This document shows positions 1 to 9,426 of a stretch of DNA of 64,000 nt, piece by piece. Source of the stretch: Candidatus Versatilivorator sp. (GTDB taxonomy: Bacteria; Acidobacteriota; Terriglobia; Versatilivoradales; Versatilivoraceae); the NCBI GenBank assembly GCA_965207735.1, contig OZ242296.1, positions 5,088,001 through 5,152,000 of the forward strand, given 5' to 3'. Each line of letters begins with the position of its first letter. The stretch's first letter is position 1. The notes under the pieces were generated by a model, which worked only from the letters and a program-made list of their open reading frames with translations, ran no database searches and had not been told where the DNA came from. The position numbers and the translations under genes were made by a program.

Positions 1-303
1 GGGCTGGAAGCCCTGAGGCTGGTCAACAGCGGGAAAGGCGCCCGACATATGACCGCAGGCGTAGCCTCCTTCTCTCCCGGCTCGGCGGTTTTCCTGCACA
101 CCCACCCCTGTGAGGAGACGGTCATCATTCTGGAGGGCCGGGCAACGGCTGAGGTCGACGGCAAGATCTTTCAGCTCGGCAAGTATGACGCCACCATTGT
201 TCCGCCGCTGGTGCCTCACTGCTTTCGCAACGAGAGTCGGGAGCCCATGGTGATCGCCTATTTCTATCCCGACGTGGACGTAGCCCGGGATCCGGTGGAA
301 TAG
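1..303 (+). CDS. Cupin domain protein (5'-partial)
   Basis: Frame is open from base 1; cupin motifs LHTHPCEE and VPPLVPHCFRN. Confidence 0.85.
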   Translation, partial: GLEALRLVNSGKGARHMTAGVASFSPGSAVFLHTHPCEETVIILEGRATAEVDGKIFQLGKYDATIVPPLVPHCFRNESREPMVIAYFYPDVDVARDPVE

Positions 304-475
304 TTGAGAGTGGAGAGTGAATAGTTGAGAGTGGATAGCTATTGGATCCAGACGTTAAGCATCTTGTTGATCTTGGCCCGACCGTTTAAAGTGCGCAACC
401 ACGCTAAAAGGTACTTACCTGTTTCGGGAACCCTCCGGTGAAAACTCTTCACTCTCCACTCTTCACTCTCCACTA
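301..475. repeat. Inverted heptamer-array element (family D), copy 1
   Basis: 5 GAGTGGA-like units at 301-335 and 4 ACTCTCC-like units at 444-471 flank ~110 bp of unique sequence. Confidence 0.8.
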
Positions 476-490
476 AACCGAGGGTGTCCC

Positions 491-1882
491 ATGAATCGAA
501 GACAGCTTCTGCAGAGCCTTACCGTGGCTTCGGGATTGACGGCCACCGTGGCGGCCTGCAAGAACCAATCGGGAGAGCCGGCGGGATCCGCGGCTACCGG
601 TGGCTCCGGTTCCGGCGAACCGGTCTGTTACACCTCCGACTGGAAGCGCACCCGGCCGGACCTGGTGCTCTACCTGCCCAAGGAACCCCCCTACGCGTCC
701 GAGGCCAGCGACCACGTGCTTGTCGAGGTCACTCCCGGAGGTGACCTGCTGGCCATCTGGACCCTGGCCACCAAGGAGGGAGCCCACGACAATTCGGTGG
801 TGTACGCGCGCAGCAAGGACAACGGCGTGACCTGGACCCGGCCCCAGCCCATCGCGGCCCCCGAGAGACTGGGGACCTACTGCAACTTCGGCTGGCCGGT
901 GGTCAGCAAGTCGGGTCGCATCTACGTCTTCTACAACTTTGCCCCGGGAATCGGCGAGGGGTTCATCAACGCCCTCATGCGCTGCAAGTTTTCCGACGAT
1001 GACGGCTACACCTGGCAGGATGCCGGCATCGACATGCCCTACAAGAGGAACCCGAAGTACGATCATCCCGGTCCGGATGTGCTCAGTCGCTGCATCGTCT
1101 GGCAAAAGCCCATCCGGGACGCCAAGGACCGTCCGGTGGTTCCCCTGACCCGGTCCACGGCGGCTTACGTCAAGCCGTTTTCCAGGGACAAGAATCTGGG
1201 GGAATGCCGTTGCGAATTCATCCGTTACGAGAATATCGACGAGGGACCCCATCCCAGGGATCTCAAGCTGACTTATCTCCCCGAGGACGAGGATCTGATT
1301 TGGGTCCCCTGCACCTTCGAGCCGGAGAAATCCCAGGGATACACCTTCTGCCAGGAACCCGGGACCGTGCTCCTGCCGGACGGACGCCTGTTTGCGGCCA
1401 TGCGAACCGCCAACGGGCAGGTGTGGTACACGGTGTCGGACGACGCCGAGGCTCGGACCTGGCGGCAGGCCGAGATGTTGAGGTACCGCGACGGCGGGAA
1501 ACCGGTGGAGAACCCGGTCTCGCCCACCCCCATGTTCCGGCTCTCCGACGGACGCTTTCTGCTCTTCATGCAGAACCACGACGGCACGGGTTACGGAGGC
1601 AAGGGGCCGTTGGATCTCAACGCACGACGCCCGCAGTTTTTCGTGGTAGGGGAGTATCGCCCCCAGGCCCACCAGCCCGTCTGGTTCAGCCGGCCCAAGA
1701 TGATCTTCGACACCCACGCCACGGGTGTTTTCCCCAAGTACTGGAAGTGGTTGTCCATGTACGCCAGCTTCACCGAGCACCGGGGCAAGCGCATCCTCTG
1801 GTACGCCGACCGAAAGATTTTCGTGCTGGGGCGCACCATCACCGACGAGATGCTGGCCGACATGGCCGTTCCCAGAGCGTAG
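491..1882 (+). CDS. Sialidase-like (BNR/Asp-box) beta-propeller, Tat-exported lipoprotein
   Basis: MNRRQLL twin-arginine motif, VAAC lipobox, Asp boxes SKDNGVTW and SDDDGYTW. Confidence 0.8.
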   Translation: MNRRQLLQSLTVASGLTATVAACKNQSGEPAGSAATGGSGSGEPVCYTSDWKRTRPDLVLYLPKEPPYASEASDHVLVEVTPGGDLLAIWTLATKEGAHDNSVVYARSKDNGVTWTRPQPIAAPERLGTYCNFGWPVVSKSGRIYVFYNFAPGIGEGFINALMRCKFSDDDGYTWQDAGIDMPYKRNPKYDHPGPDVLSRCIVWQKPIRDAKDRPVVPLTRSTAAYVKPFSRDKNLGECRCEFIRYENIDEGPHPRDLKLTYLPEDEDLIWVPCTFEPEKSQGYTFCQEPGTVLLPDGRLFAAMRTANGQVWYTVSDDAEARTWRQAEMLRYRDGGKPVENPVSPTPMFRLSDGRFLLFMQNHDGTGYGGKGPLDLNARRPQFFVVGEYRPQAHQPVWFSRPKMIFDTHATGVFPKYWKWLSMYASFTEHRGKRILWYADRKIFVLGRTITDEMLADMAVPRA

Positions 1883-1911
1883 CGAGGTCGCGCCCGGACC
1901 GAAACGCATTT

Positions 1912-1941
1912 AAAAGAGTTATCCACTAAGGGCTACGAAGA
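1912..1941 (+). repeat. Truncated family A repeat fragment
   Basis: AAAAGAGTTATCCACTAAGGGCTACGAAGA resembles the repeat core at 9271-9301 and the intron 5' exon. Confidence 0.55.
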
Positions 1942-1955
1942 AATTGTTGATTTCT

Positions 1956-2264
1956 GAGCCTTTTGCAAAATTCGGAGTCGGGCGATCCTTTTTCAGATCG
2001 AGGGTTTTTCCTCCCGAGGCCCTCAAGGATCCGGTGACACTGAACCGGTTTGCCGTCTGAAGCTCAATGGCCACAAAAGGCACAAAAACACAAAGAGAAC
2101 CATCGGATCGGCAAGTCTCGAAATCAAGAAACTCGTTTTGTGCCTTTTGTGCTTTTTGTGGTTTCTGTTGTCTCTTGTGCTTATCGTGGTGAATGCTGGA
2201 GCCTGCAGCACATCATCCTTGCCGCCTCAATGTCATTCCCGATTGCGATATTTGCAAAAGGCTC
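1956..2264. mobile_element. MITE-like element with GAGCCTTTTGCAAA terminal inverted repeats, containing a family B repeat
   Basis: 1956-1973 GAGCCTTTTGCAAAATTC vs 2247-2264 GATATTTGCAAAAGGCTC (16/18 inverted match); related element at 52592-52816. Confidence 0.65.
2066..2194. repeat. Family B repeat (CCACAAAAGGCACAAAA inverted arms), copy 1
   Basis: Arms 2071-2094 and 2137-2161; near-identical to 52631-52759. Confidence 0.85.
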
Positions 2265-2271
2265 ATAATGA

Positions 2272-2423
2272 ACATGGATGCACAGGATGCACAGGATAAC
2301 CAGGACGGGACGCTGCTGCACGAGAAGCCGGCTCCGGCAATGATCGTGCGCGGATTTGCGGATGCTCAGGATTACCCGCTAGCCGTTTCCTGAAAAAATC
2401 CTGTGCATCCTGTGCATCCATGT
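2272..2423. repeat. Family C MITE-like element (GATGCACAG-unit inverted arms), copy 1
   Basis: Perfect 26-bp inverted repeat ACATGGATGCACAGGATGCACAGGAT at 2272-2297 and 2398-2423; core shared with 14876-15020 and 34234-34386. Confidence 0.9.
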
Positions 2424-2590
2424 GAATCAAAACCTGTTCCGAGCCTCCATAAAACTGTTGGCTGCGGAATTTTGCAAGAGGTTCTTCTGATTGTTGATTG
2501 GGAGGTATCCCAACTGACGTTGCCTCAAGATCCAAAATCCACAACACTTGACTCATCCGTCAGCGTTGTTTCGACTCAAGGAGTCATTCG

Positions 2591-3610
2591 ATGGCATACT
2601 CACGAGTTCCCCCCAGCACATTGAGCCGGCGCGGTTTTTTGGCCGGGCCGGTGGCGGCCACGGTCCTGGCGCTTCAGGGGCGGAGCCGGGCAGCGGCTCT
2701 CCCGATTCTCCCGGGGGCCGACTCCGCGACCGCCGTCGACCGGATCTACCGCAAGCTCCGGGGGCCGGTGGTGCCCATCAACATTCCCCTGGCCAAGGAC
2801 TACTCGGTGGACTACGGCAATCTCAGGGCCTACGTGGACTTCCTCTGCGAGAACCAGGCGCCGGTCATCTTCTTCACTCATGGCAGCAGCGAATTCAGGA
2901 GCATGAGCGAGCCTGAGATCGAGAAGCTGTGCCGGACCGCGGCCGAGCAGGCTCGCGGGCGTGCCCTGGTGATCGGGGGAACCGGGAAGTGGTGGACCGG
3001 CAAGAGTATCGACTTCATCCGGCGCCTGGAGGACTCGGGTGTGGATGGGGTCAACCTGCACCTCTTCACCAAGAAGCCGGAGGAGGTCTACGCCGCTTTT
3101 TCCGAAGTTTCCAGCCGAACCCGGCTGCCCCTGCTGGGTTACGACGAAGACTATTCGGCGGATCTGGTGGCCCGCCTGTCCACCATCCCCAAGGTGTGCG
3201 GACTGAAGAGCCATGACGCCCTCTACCGCTATCACGACTTCATCCGGGCGGTTAAGGACAAGGAATTTGTGGTCATTGGGGGGGGACAGATGCGTAATTT
3301 TCTCTATGGATACCTGATCGGCTCTCAAGGGTACCTCTGCGCCTATGCTCCCTTTGCCCCGGCAATCGCCTTCCGCTTCTACGGCGCTCTGGAACGCAAC
3401 GACCTGGATGAAGCCCGACGGGTGATGTTCGAATACGAAGATCCGCTCTTGAAAGTGGCCGGCTCCCTGGGCTGGGGCCAATCCATCAAGAGCATTCTGC
3501 AGATCAAGGGGCTCTTCCACACCAATCTGTGGCGGCCGCCCATTCCCTCCCACGGACCCGAGCAGAAAAAACAACTGAGGCAGTTCCTGGCCGACAAGGG
3601 CCTGCTGTAG
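2591..3610 (+). CDS. Dihydrodipicolinate synthase (class I aldolase) family protein with Tat signal
   Basis: HGSSEF motif, Schiff-base Lys in CGLKSH, N-terminal LSRRGFL. Confidence 0.8.
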   Translation: MAYSRVPPSTLSRRGFLAGPVAATVLALQGRSRAAALPILPGADSATAVDRIYRKLRGPVVPINIPLAKDYSVDYGNLRAYVDFLCENQAPVIFFTHGSSEFRSMSEPEIEKLCRTAAEQARGRALVIGGTGKWWTGKSIDFIRRLEDSGVDGVNLHLFTKKPEEVYAAFSEVSSRTRLPLLGYDEDYSADLVARLSTIPKVCGLKSHDALYRYHDFIRAVKDKEFVVIGGGQMRNFLYGYLIGSQGYLCAYAPFAPAIAFRFYGALERNDLDEARRVMFEYEDPLLKVAGSLGWGQSIKSILQIKGLFHTNLWRPPIPSHGPEQKKQLRQFLADKGLL

Positions 3611-3702
3611 CCGACCCTCGATTGCGTCCGGCCATCCATCGAGTCTATGATTGAGGTGGGGGTAGTCTCGCCTCTCGAGTTCCGAAGACACCCGCGCCAG
3701 TC

Positions 3703-4749
3703 ATGACACTGCCGACCGATCGCCGTGACTTCCTGAAATCCTCGGCCCTGATTGCGGGAGCTTCGGCGGTGACCTCCAGCCCAATGGCCATGTCCCTGAA
3801 ATCCCCTGTCGAGCCCGCCGCCGCGGTCGAGCTGAGAGCCAGGCTGCTGGAATGCCTGGGTGGAGACTGGCCCGAGCCCGGCGAGCTCGAGCCCAGGGTC
3901 ACACGGGAGGAGCAGCGCAAGGGTTACCGCTTGCTCCGGGTCGATTACGCGGTGGAGCCCGGCGATCGGGTGCCGGCCATCCTGTTGATCCCGGACGGAG
4001 TCACTCCCGCCTCGCCGGCCGCCGGGGTAGCCCTTTGGCACCAGCACGCGGGAAAGTGGCACCTGGGCAAGACCGAGCCCGCTGGCCTGGCCGGCGATCG
4101 GATGCACCATACCGGCGTGGCCCTGGTCCGACTGGGATACGTGGTCCTCTGTCCCGACGCCCTTTGCTTCGAAGATCGCCGGGATCCGGAGAGCCGGTTG
4201 AAGGGCGGCGATTATGAGCGGTACGAGTTCCTGCGTCAGGTGGTGAAGGGGCGCTGCATGGCCTGGAAAAACATTCTGGATATGCGGCGCGCCGTCGACT
4301 ACCTGAGCGCACGTCCGGAGGTCGACCCCCGGCGCCTGGGGTGTTACGGCCACTCCATGGGATCGACCCACACCTGGCTGGTGGGGCCCTGGGAACCGCG
4401 CTTGAAATGCCTGGTGGGCAACTGTTGCCTGCCCACCTACCGGGCGATTCATCGCCACAAGCTGCTCCACTGTTTCCCCAACTTCATCCCGGGTTTTCAC
4501 CGATTTGGGGATACTCCCGATATCGCCGGCCTGATTGCACCCAGGGCGCTGCATTTGAACTTTGGAGAGAACGACGCCAGCTCGCCCATCGGGGAGGTGC
4601 GGCGCGGCATGGAGCGCATCGGCCAAGCGTACGCCCGGGCCGGGGCCGCCGGCAGCTTCACCTGGTTCATCGAGCCCGGCGCCGGCCACGTCTTGTCGGA
4701 GAAGATGTGGCGGCGGGTCCGGGAGACGTTTGGGAAATACCTGGCGTGA
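3703..4749 (+). CDS. Alpha/beta hydrolase (dienelactone hydrolase / acetylxylan esterase-like), Tat signal
   Basis: GHSMG nucleophile elbow, GAGH, DRRDFLK. Confidence 0.85.
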   Translation: MTLPTDRRDFLKSSALIAGASAVTSSPMAMSLKSPVEPAAAVELRARLLECLGGDWPEPGELEPRVTREEQRKGYRLLRVDYAVEPGDRVPAILLIPDGVTPASPAAGVALWHQHAGKWHLGKTEPAGLAGDRMHHTGVALVRLGYVVLCPDALCFEDRRDPESRLKGGDYERYEFLRQVVKGRCMAWKNILDMRRAVDYLSARPEVDPRRLGCYGHSMGSTHTWLVGPWEPRLKCLVGNCCLPTYRAIHRHKLLHCFPNFIPGFHRFGDTPDIAGLIAPRALHLNFGENDASSPIGEVRRGMERIGQAYARAGAAGSFTWFIEPGAGHVLSEKMWRRVRETFGKYLA

Positions 4750-4847
4750 CGGTCCCCCCGGACAAGCAGGGCAGCCGCGGGGCGGTCGGTGGCCGCGCCG
4801 GCAGCGACGGGACATAGATAGATGGAGTCGAGAATGGAGAAGGCCGG

Positions 4848-6641
4848 ATGAGTCTGCAGCTCATGTGGTGTCGGTGGTTGATAAGCGGGTGTTTGGTGGG
4901 CTGTTTGCCGGCCGGGTGGTTGTCGGCGGAAACCGTTTTCCAGCGGTACCATCCGCAACCCCTGGAGATCCGCAACCATCCCTTGGAAATTGAGAACAAC
5001 TCCGACCATCCCTATCGGTTTGTGCTTTCCGTTTTAGGGGTGCGGCAAGCAGAGTTCGTTCCCCTGCTGGCTGTCGTTCTGGACCCGGAGGACTCCACGC
5101 CTCATCAGTGGATTGCGGTCTGGAACTTGAGCAGCAGCTCTCCCGGGTTCATCCAGCGAGTGAAGGCGGCGCTGCCGTTTCCCTGGTGGTCGCCTCGGGG
5201 CGGTGCAGGTGGAACCGCGGGGTCTATCCGAAGACTGCCCAAGCCGGTCTTGACGGCGCGTGGCCGAAAATCGGGCGCCAAGGGCCGGTTTGTCTGGGCA
5301 GCCGCCAGGACGGTGTCGGACTTCGCCAGTTTTTTCAGTCCGGGGCGGTTTGCGCTGGAGACCTACCGGGACCATCGCAACGATCTGGACGAACGGCAAT
5401 TCCATCAACTCTACTCCCTCCTGTTGCTCTATGAAGAGGCAGCGGCCCGGCAGTCCTCCGACCGGAACCTGGGGCTGCGAGCCATCATGGACTTGAAATA
5501 TACGGCCCTGATCAACCGCGAGGCTCTGGGCATCGTGGTGAGCGGTCGCTCCGAATACTGGGTGGTGGACAACTTCGAGACCCGCATGCGGGAAAAAATG
5601 GGGAAGGCGGCCGCCTATCTGCACAGCCGGGCCACTCTCCAAGACTTGCGTTTCCAGGAGGTTCACTTTGGACTGGATGGCCGGTGGCCGCTTTTTCGGA
5701 CCGCGGTTCTCTCGATCTGCAAGGCGGATCTGCCCAAACAGCCCAGGTCTTGGCCCAAGAATAATCCCTTCGACCTGGGCTACAACCCTTTCGAGCATCC
5801 GAAAGTCCGGGCACGCATGGACGAAAATCCCGAAGAAGAGATCCCGCTGGCCTATTACGTGCTCATCAGCGATTTCAAGTTGCGCCCGGTGATTGTGCTG
5901 AACTTCTTCAATCCGGGAAACCCCGGCCGAAGGCAGGACACGGCCGTGCTTCGCAACACGGCCGAGAATTTGCTTTCCGTCTATGGCTTGCCGCTCCACC
6001 TTCAGGCACTTCGCTACATCGGCAGTTGGAGCCTCGGCAGGAAAGACGTAACCTATTTCAGCACCCGATCGGTCTCCTCGGGAATCGAGCCGGCCAAGCT
6101 TTTTGCTCGAATGGGCTGGCATTTCGACGAGGACACCAATCGGCTGCTGCTCAGGATGCTGGATCGGCGCACCTCCAACCCACTGGCCGATTCCTTCGCC
6201 CGCCAGGCTGAGAACGCCAGGACCCGCCACCAGGCCATCACCCGAAACGCTTCCGGGCGGCTGCGCCTCTTCGTTCGCAGGGTCTACGAGGACGGAATTC
6301 GGGAGAGGCTCGACCTGGGCCGCCGCTCGATCTCCACTGAGGACATCGCCCGCTTCCGGCAACAGCGGCGGCTGGACCGAGCGCTGGAGATCATTCGCGG
6401 GTTCAATCGGCAGCCCCACATGAACGGGGTGGCCTGGCCCCGCCTGTTCCAGGCCTGGGACCGCCTTTCCGCGGCCGATCCGCGGCGCGGCCGGCCCGAG
6501 TCCCGGCGCTTCCTGCAGAAACTCCAACGGCTTTACCCGCGCGCGGTGCCGGAAGGATACCGGAGCCAGGTGGCGGGCTGGATTTTCCCCTCCGGCCCCG
6601 CCTCTCAGTCCTCGGCCTTCCCCGCTAAATCAACTCCTTGA
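4848..6641 (+). CDS. Secreted hypothetical protein
   Basis: 597-aa ORF with signal-like N-terminus; stop overlaps the next gene's TTG start. Confidence 0.7.
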   Translation: MSLQLMWCRWLISGCLVGCLPAGWLSAETVFQRYHPQPLEIRNHPLEIENNSDHPYRFVLSVLGVRQAEFVPLLAVVLDPEDSTPHQWIAVWNLSSSSPGFIQRVKAALPFPWWSPRGGAGGTAGSIRRLPKPVLTARGRKSGAKGRFVWAAARTVSDFASFFSPGRFALETYRDHRNDLDERQFHQLYSLLLLYEEAAARQSSDRNLGLRAIMDLKYTALINREALGIVVSGRSEYWVVDNFETRMREKMGKAAAYLHSRATLQDLRFQEVHFGLDGRWPLFRTAVLSICKADLPKQPRSWPKNNPFDLGYNPFEHPKVRARMDENPEEEIPLAYYVLISDFKLRPVIVLNFFNPGNPGRRQDTAVLRNTAENLLSVYGLPLHLQALRYIGSWSLGRKDVTYFSTRSVSSGIEPAKLFARMGWHFDEDTNRLLLRMLDRRTSNPLADSFARQAENARTRHQAITRNASGRLRLFVRRVYEDGIRERLDLGRRSISTEDIARFRQQRRLDRALEIIRGFNRQPHMNGVAWPRLFQAWDRLSAADPRRGRPESRRFLQKLQRLYPRAVPEGYRSQVAGWIFPSGPASQSSAFPAKSTP

Positions 6642-9226
6642 CCAGCGACTCGATTTCAAATCCAGGAACTCCAAGGCCATCTGCCCCAAGAAGGATTGCC
6701 TGCCTTCTGGCCGTCACCGCCTTGGGCATCTGCTGCGGTTCCGAATGGGCCGCGGCCGAGCCGGCCTCCCGGGAGCAGCGAGCCAGAGTCATTCTGCTCA
6801 AGGTCGACGGGCTATCGGGCCTCCTGATCGAGGCGGCTCTGGCCCCGCAATCGGAGGCCGCCTTGCGGCTGCCCTTTCCGGGACGCTTCCGAGAAGACTA
6901 CCGGGCCACAAAGACTCTGCTGGCAAGGGAAGAACTGCTCCCCAACATGAAGGAGTATTTTGTCCGTCAGGGAGTGCGTGCCGAAACCATCTTCACCGGC
7001 ACTCTGCCGCTCTCGGCTCCGGTTTGGGCCCAGATCGACTCGGGCCAGCCCAGCATCGTCAAGAGGAACTTTTACTTCAACCGGGCCAGCGGCGCCTCCG
7101 GAGTTTTTCTGAACGGCATGTTCGACTCGGCAGGCAAGCTGATCAAGGGCAGCGGGCGGACCCACGCTCTCTGGGAACTGGATCTGCTGGGGATTCCCAT
7201 TCTGCCGGATGCGTTTCCGCCGGAAAGGGTCTGGAGTTCCCTGCAGATCTTGAGCCGCAAGCGGTCGGCCATACAACTGGGGGCCATGGGCAAGTTCCTG
7301 GTCCGGGCCGGCGAACGAGAGTTCAGGCCGGGGGCCGTGATCCACCAGCACCTCTCCCACCTGGTGGCCTATCCCGACCATGTGGAACGCCTGGACCAAA
7401 GCTTGTCCCTTACCCTGGCCAAGTGGCTCAAGTGGCGGGCCGAGGAAGATCCCTCCGAGACTCTCGACTTTATCACCGCGCTGTTCGTGACGCTCGACCA
7501 CCGTTTTCATGTGGAAAGCTCCTACCGGTCGGTCCTGCACCTGCTGGTCAAGCTGGATGACTGGTTTGGAGAAGTCATGGGGGCGGTGGAGCAGACGGCT
7601 CGCCGGGACCGGACCCTGGTCGCCATGGCCTCCGACCATGGGATGAATCTCTATCCGGTCCACATCAACTACGGGTTCCCCATCAACCCCTGGCTGCGCC
7701 AGCCGGAATTTGGCGGCCACACCGTGTTGTCGCCGGAAGTGGAGGATTCCGATCATTCCTTGACTCGGCTGATTCCCGGGGTGGACTTCGGCAGGGTTTA
7801 CGAGAGCCCGGCATCCCCGTACGGCGAGACTGTGCCCTTCGGGTCCAAGGGGTACTTCACGGCCTTCGCCGCCAATATGGGGAATCCAAGATTCGATCTG
7901 TTTCTGCGCCATTCCGATCTGAACCGACTCCACCTGCTCCTGCTGGAGTCGCTGCGCCTGCGAATCGATGAGGAGAAGCTGGATCGCGTGTTTGAGGTCT
8001 TCCAGCCGGTCTTCCAAAGGGCTCGTCCCTGGTTGGAAGCGGATGCCTACTCCCTGCGGCAGGCCGCGGAGGTGTTCGAGGCGTGGTCGGAGCGGCATCT
8101 TGCGGCCGGAATGCCCTCGGCCAGGGACGCGGGCTCACGACTGGCTTCCGAGTCGAGACTCTATCGCAACCAGGCCACCATCCTACGGCGATTGCTGGCC
8201 GTACCGGTGGAAGAAGAGGAATGGCGCCGGTTCGTGCGGTCGGGTTTTGAAATCGATGGGGTGATCCCCAAAGGATACTTCGGCCCACCCAACAATCTGG
8301 CGGAACTTGCCAGTTACACCGTGGGCTGGGCCAAGCCGGCTACCGAGCGCTGGTCGCAGTCGGGCGAGGCGCCCTTTCGCACCCTGAACTATCCGGAACT
8401 GATTGCCGGCTATCGGGCGCTCAATCCGGATGCCTATGGGAACCGCTACCCCTTCAACCTGTTTGTCGCCCGGATGCCGCTGGAGGAATTGACCGGATGG
8501 AAGGGCCTGCCGCTCCGGCAGGCGCTGTGGCTGCTGGCCTCGGAAGATCGCGGCCAGGCAGTCCTTCTGGAAGCAAGAGACGGGCCCATCTGGTATGCGC
8601 CCCTCAAGAATCGCGGGGAGCTTGAAACGCTCGATGAAGCAGGGGCCGCCGGGTCCAGGGATCCTCTGGGGTACCCCGCCCGGTTGTGGGCACGCTGGCT
8701 CGACCCGCGCCGGTGGGTTTCGGAGACGGCCAGGCTGGACGCCAGCCTGGCCCCGGTGATCCTGGCCGACCTGTTTCGGCCGAACTTCCAGGACTTTTTG
8801 AGCAGCGAAAGTCGTGCCGGCGTTCTGTTGCCGCTGGACGGGTCCGGACGTCGGGAGGAGCTGGTGAGAGCGCTCCGGTTCCGCTTCGAACGGGCCACCC
8901 CCGACTTCCGCGTCTGGATGCGGCACGGCTGGAACGTCAACACCATGGGCCAGCAGCCGGGCGGCAGCCACGGCGGGTTCCTGCCCATGGAGACCCAGAC
9001 CGCCTTCATGGTCTGGGGAGGAGACGCTCTGCGTCTCAAGCGGGGCCGGAAGCTTGCCGGAGCCTTCCTCACCCTGGACATCGCTCCCACCCTGATGGAC
9101 GCTATCGGAAGGCTCGATCCCGTCAGCCGGCGGATCGTTCCCGATCCGGACCACGCCTCGCCGCCCGATTTCCCTCCCTATCCCGGTCGGATCATTCCCA
9201 TTCGGCAGCAGGCTGCCAATCCGTGA
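6638..9226 (+). CDS. Alkaline phosphatase superfamily (nucleotide pyrophosphatase/phosphodiesterase-like) protein, large and secreted
   Basis: Metal-ligand motifs VILLKVDGL, LDHRFH, ASDHG, GSHGGF, LDIAPT; signal peptide. Confidence 0.75.
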   Translation: MTSDSISNPGTPRPSAPRRIACLLAVTALGICCGSEWAAAEPASREQRARVILLKVDGLSGLLIEAALAPQSEAALRLPFPGRFREDYRATKTLLAREELLPNMKEYFVRQGVRAETIFTGTLPLSAPVWAQIDSGQPSIVKRNFYFNRASGASGVFLNGMFDSAGKLIKGSGRTHALWELDLLGIPILPDAFPPERVWSSLQILSRKRSAIQLGAMGKFLVRAGEREFRPGAVIHQHLSHLVAYPDHVERLDQSLSLTLAKWLKWRAEEDPSETLDFITALFVTLDHRFHVESSYRSVLHLLVKLDDWFGEVMGAVEQTARRDRTLVAMASDHGMNLYPVHINYGFPINPWLRQPEFGGHTVLSPEVEDSDHSLTRLIPGVDFGRVYESPASPYGETVPFGSKGYFTAFAANMGNPRFDLFLRHSDLNRLHLLLLESLRLRIDEEKLDRVFEVFQPVFQRARPWLEADAYSLRQAAEVFEAWSERHLAAGMPSARDAGSRLASESRLYRNQATILRRLLAVPVEEEEWRRFVRSGFEIDGVIPKGYFGPPNNLAELASYTVGWAKPATERWSQSGEAPFRTLNYPELIAGYRALNPDAYGNRYPFNLFVARMPLEELTGWKGLPLRQALWLLASEDRGQAVLLEARDGPIWYAPLKNRGELETLDEAGAAGSRDPLGYPARLWARWLDPRRWVSETARLDASLAPVILADLFRPNFQDFLSSESRAGVLLPLDGSGRREELVRALRFRFERATPDFRVWMRHGWNVNTMGQQPGGSHGGFLPMETQTAFMVWGGDALRLKRGRKLAGAFLTLDIAPTLMDAIGRLDPVSRRIVPDPDHASPPDFPPYPGRIIPIRQQAANP

Positions 9227-9238
9227 GGCGTGCAGTCT

Positions 9239-9426
9239 GGTTGCCTGAAACAACCGAAAAAAGACAAAAGAAAAAGAGCTATCCACGAAGGGCCACGAAG
9301 AACGACGAAGGGCCACTAAGGCGTTGAGGTTAACCGCGACGGGATACCAAGGTTGCGAAGGGATGATCGATTTCCAATGGTTTCACTCTCGCATGAACCG
9401 CACTGCAGGGCGGGGGCGGGACTTGT
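9239..9426 (+). repeat. Family A dispersed repeat (empty group II intron target), copy 1
   Basis: ATCCACGAAGGGCCA|CGAAGAACGACGAAGGGCCACTAAGGCGTTGAGGTTAA; matches 11461-11571, 34732-34920 and the intron flanks. Confidence 0.9.
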
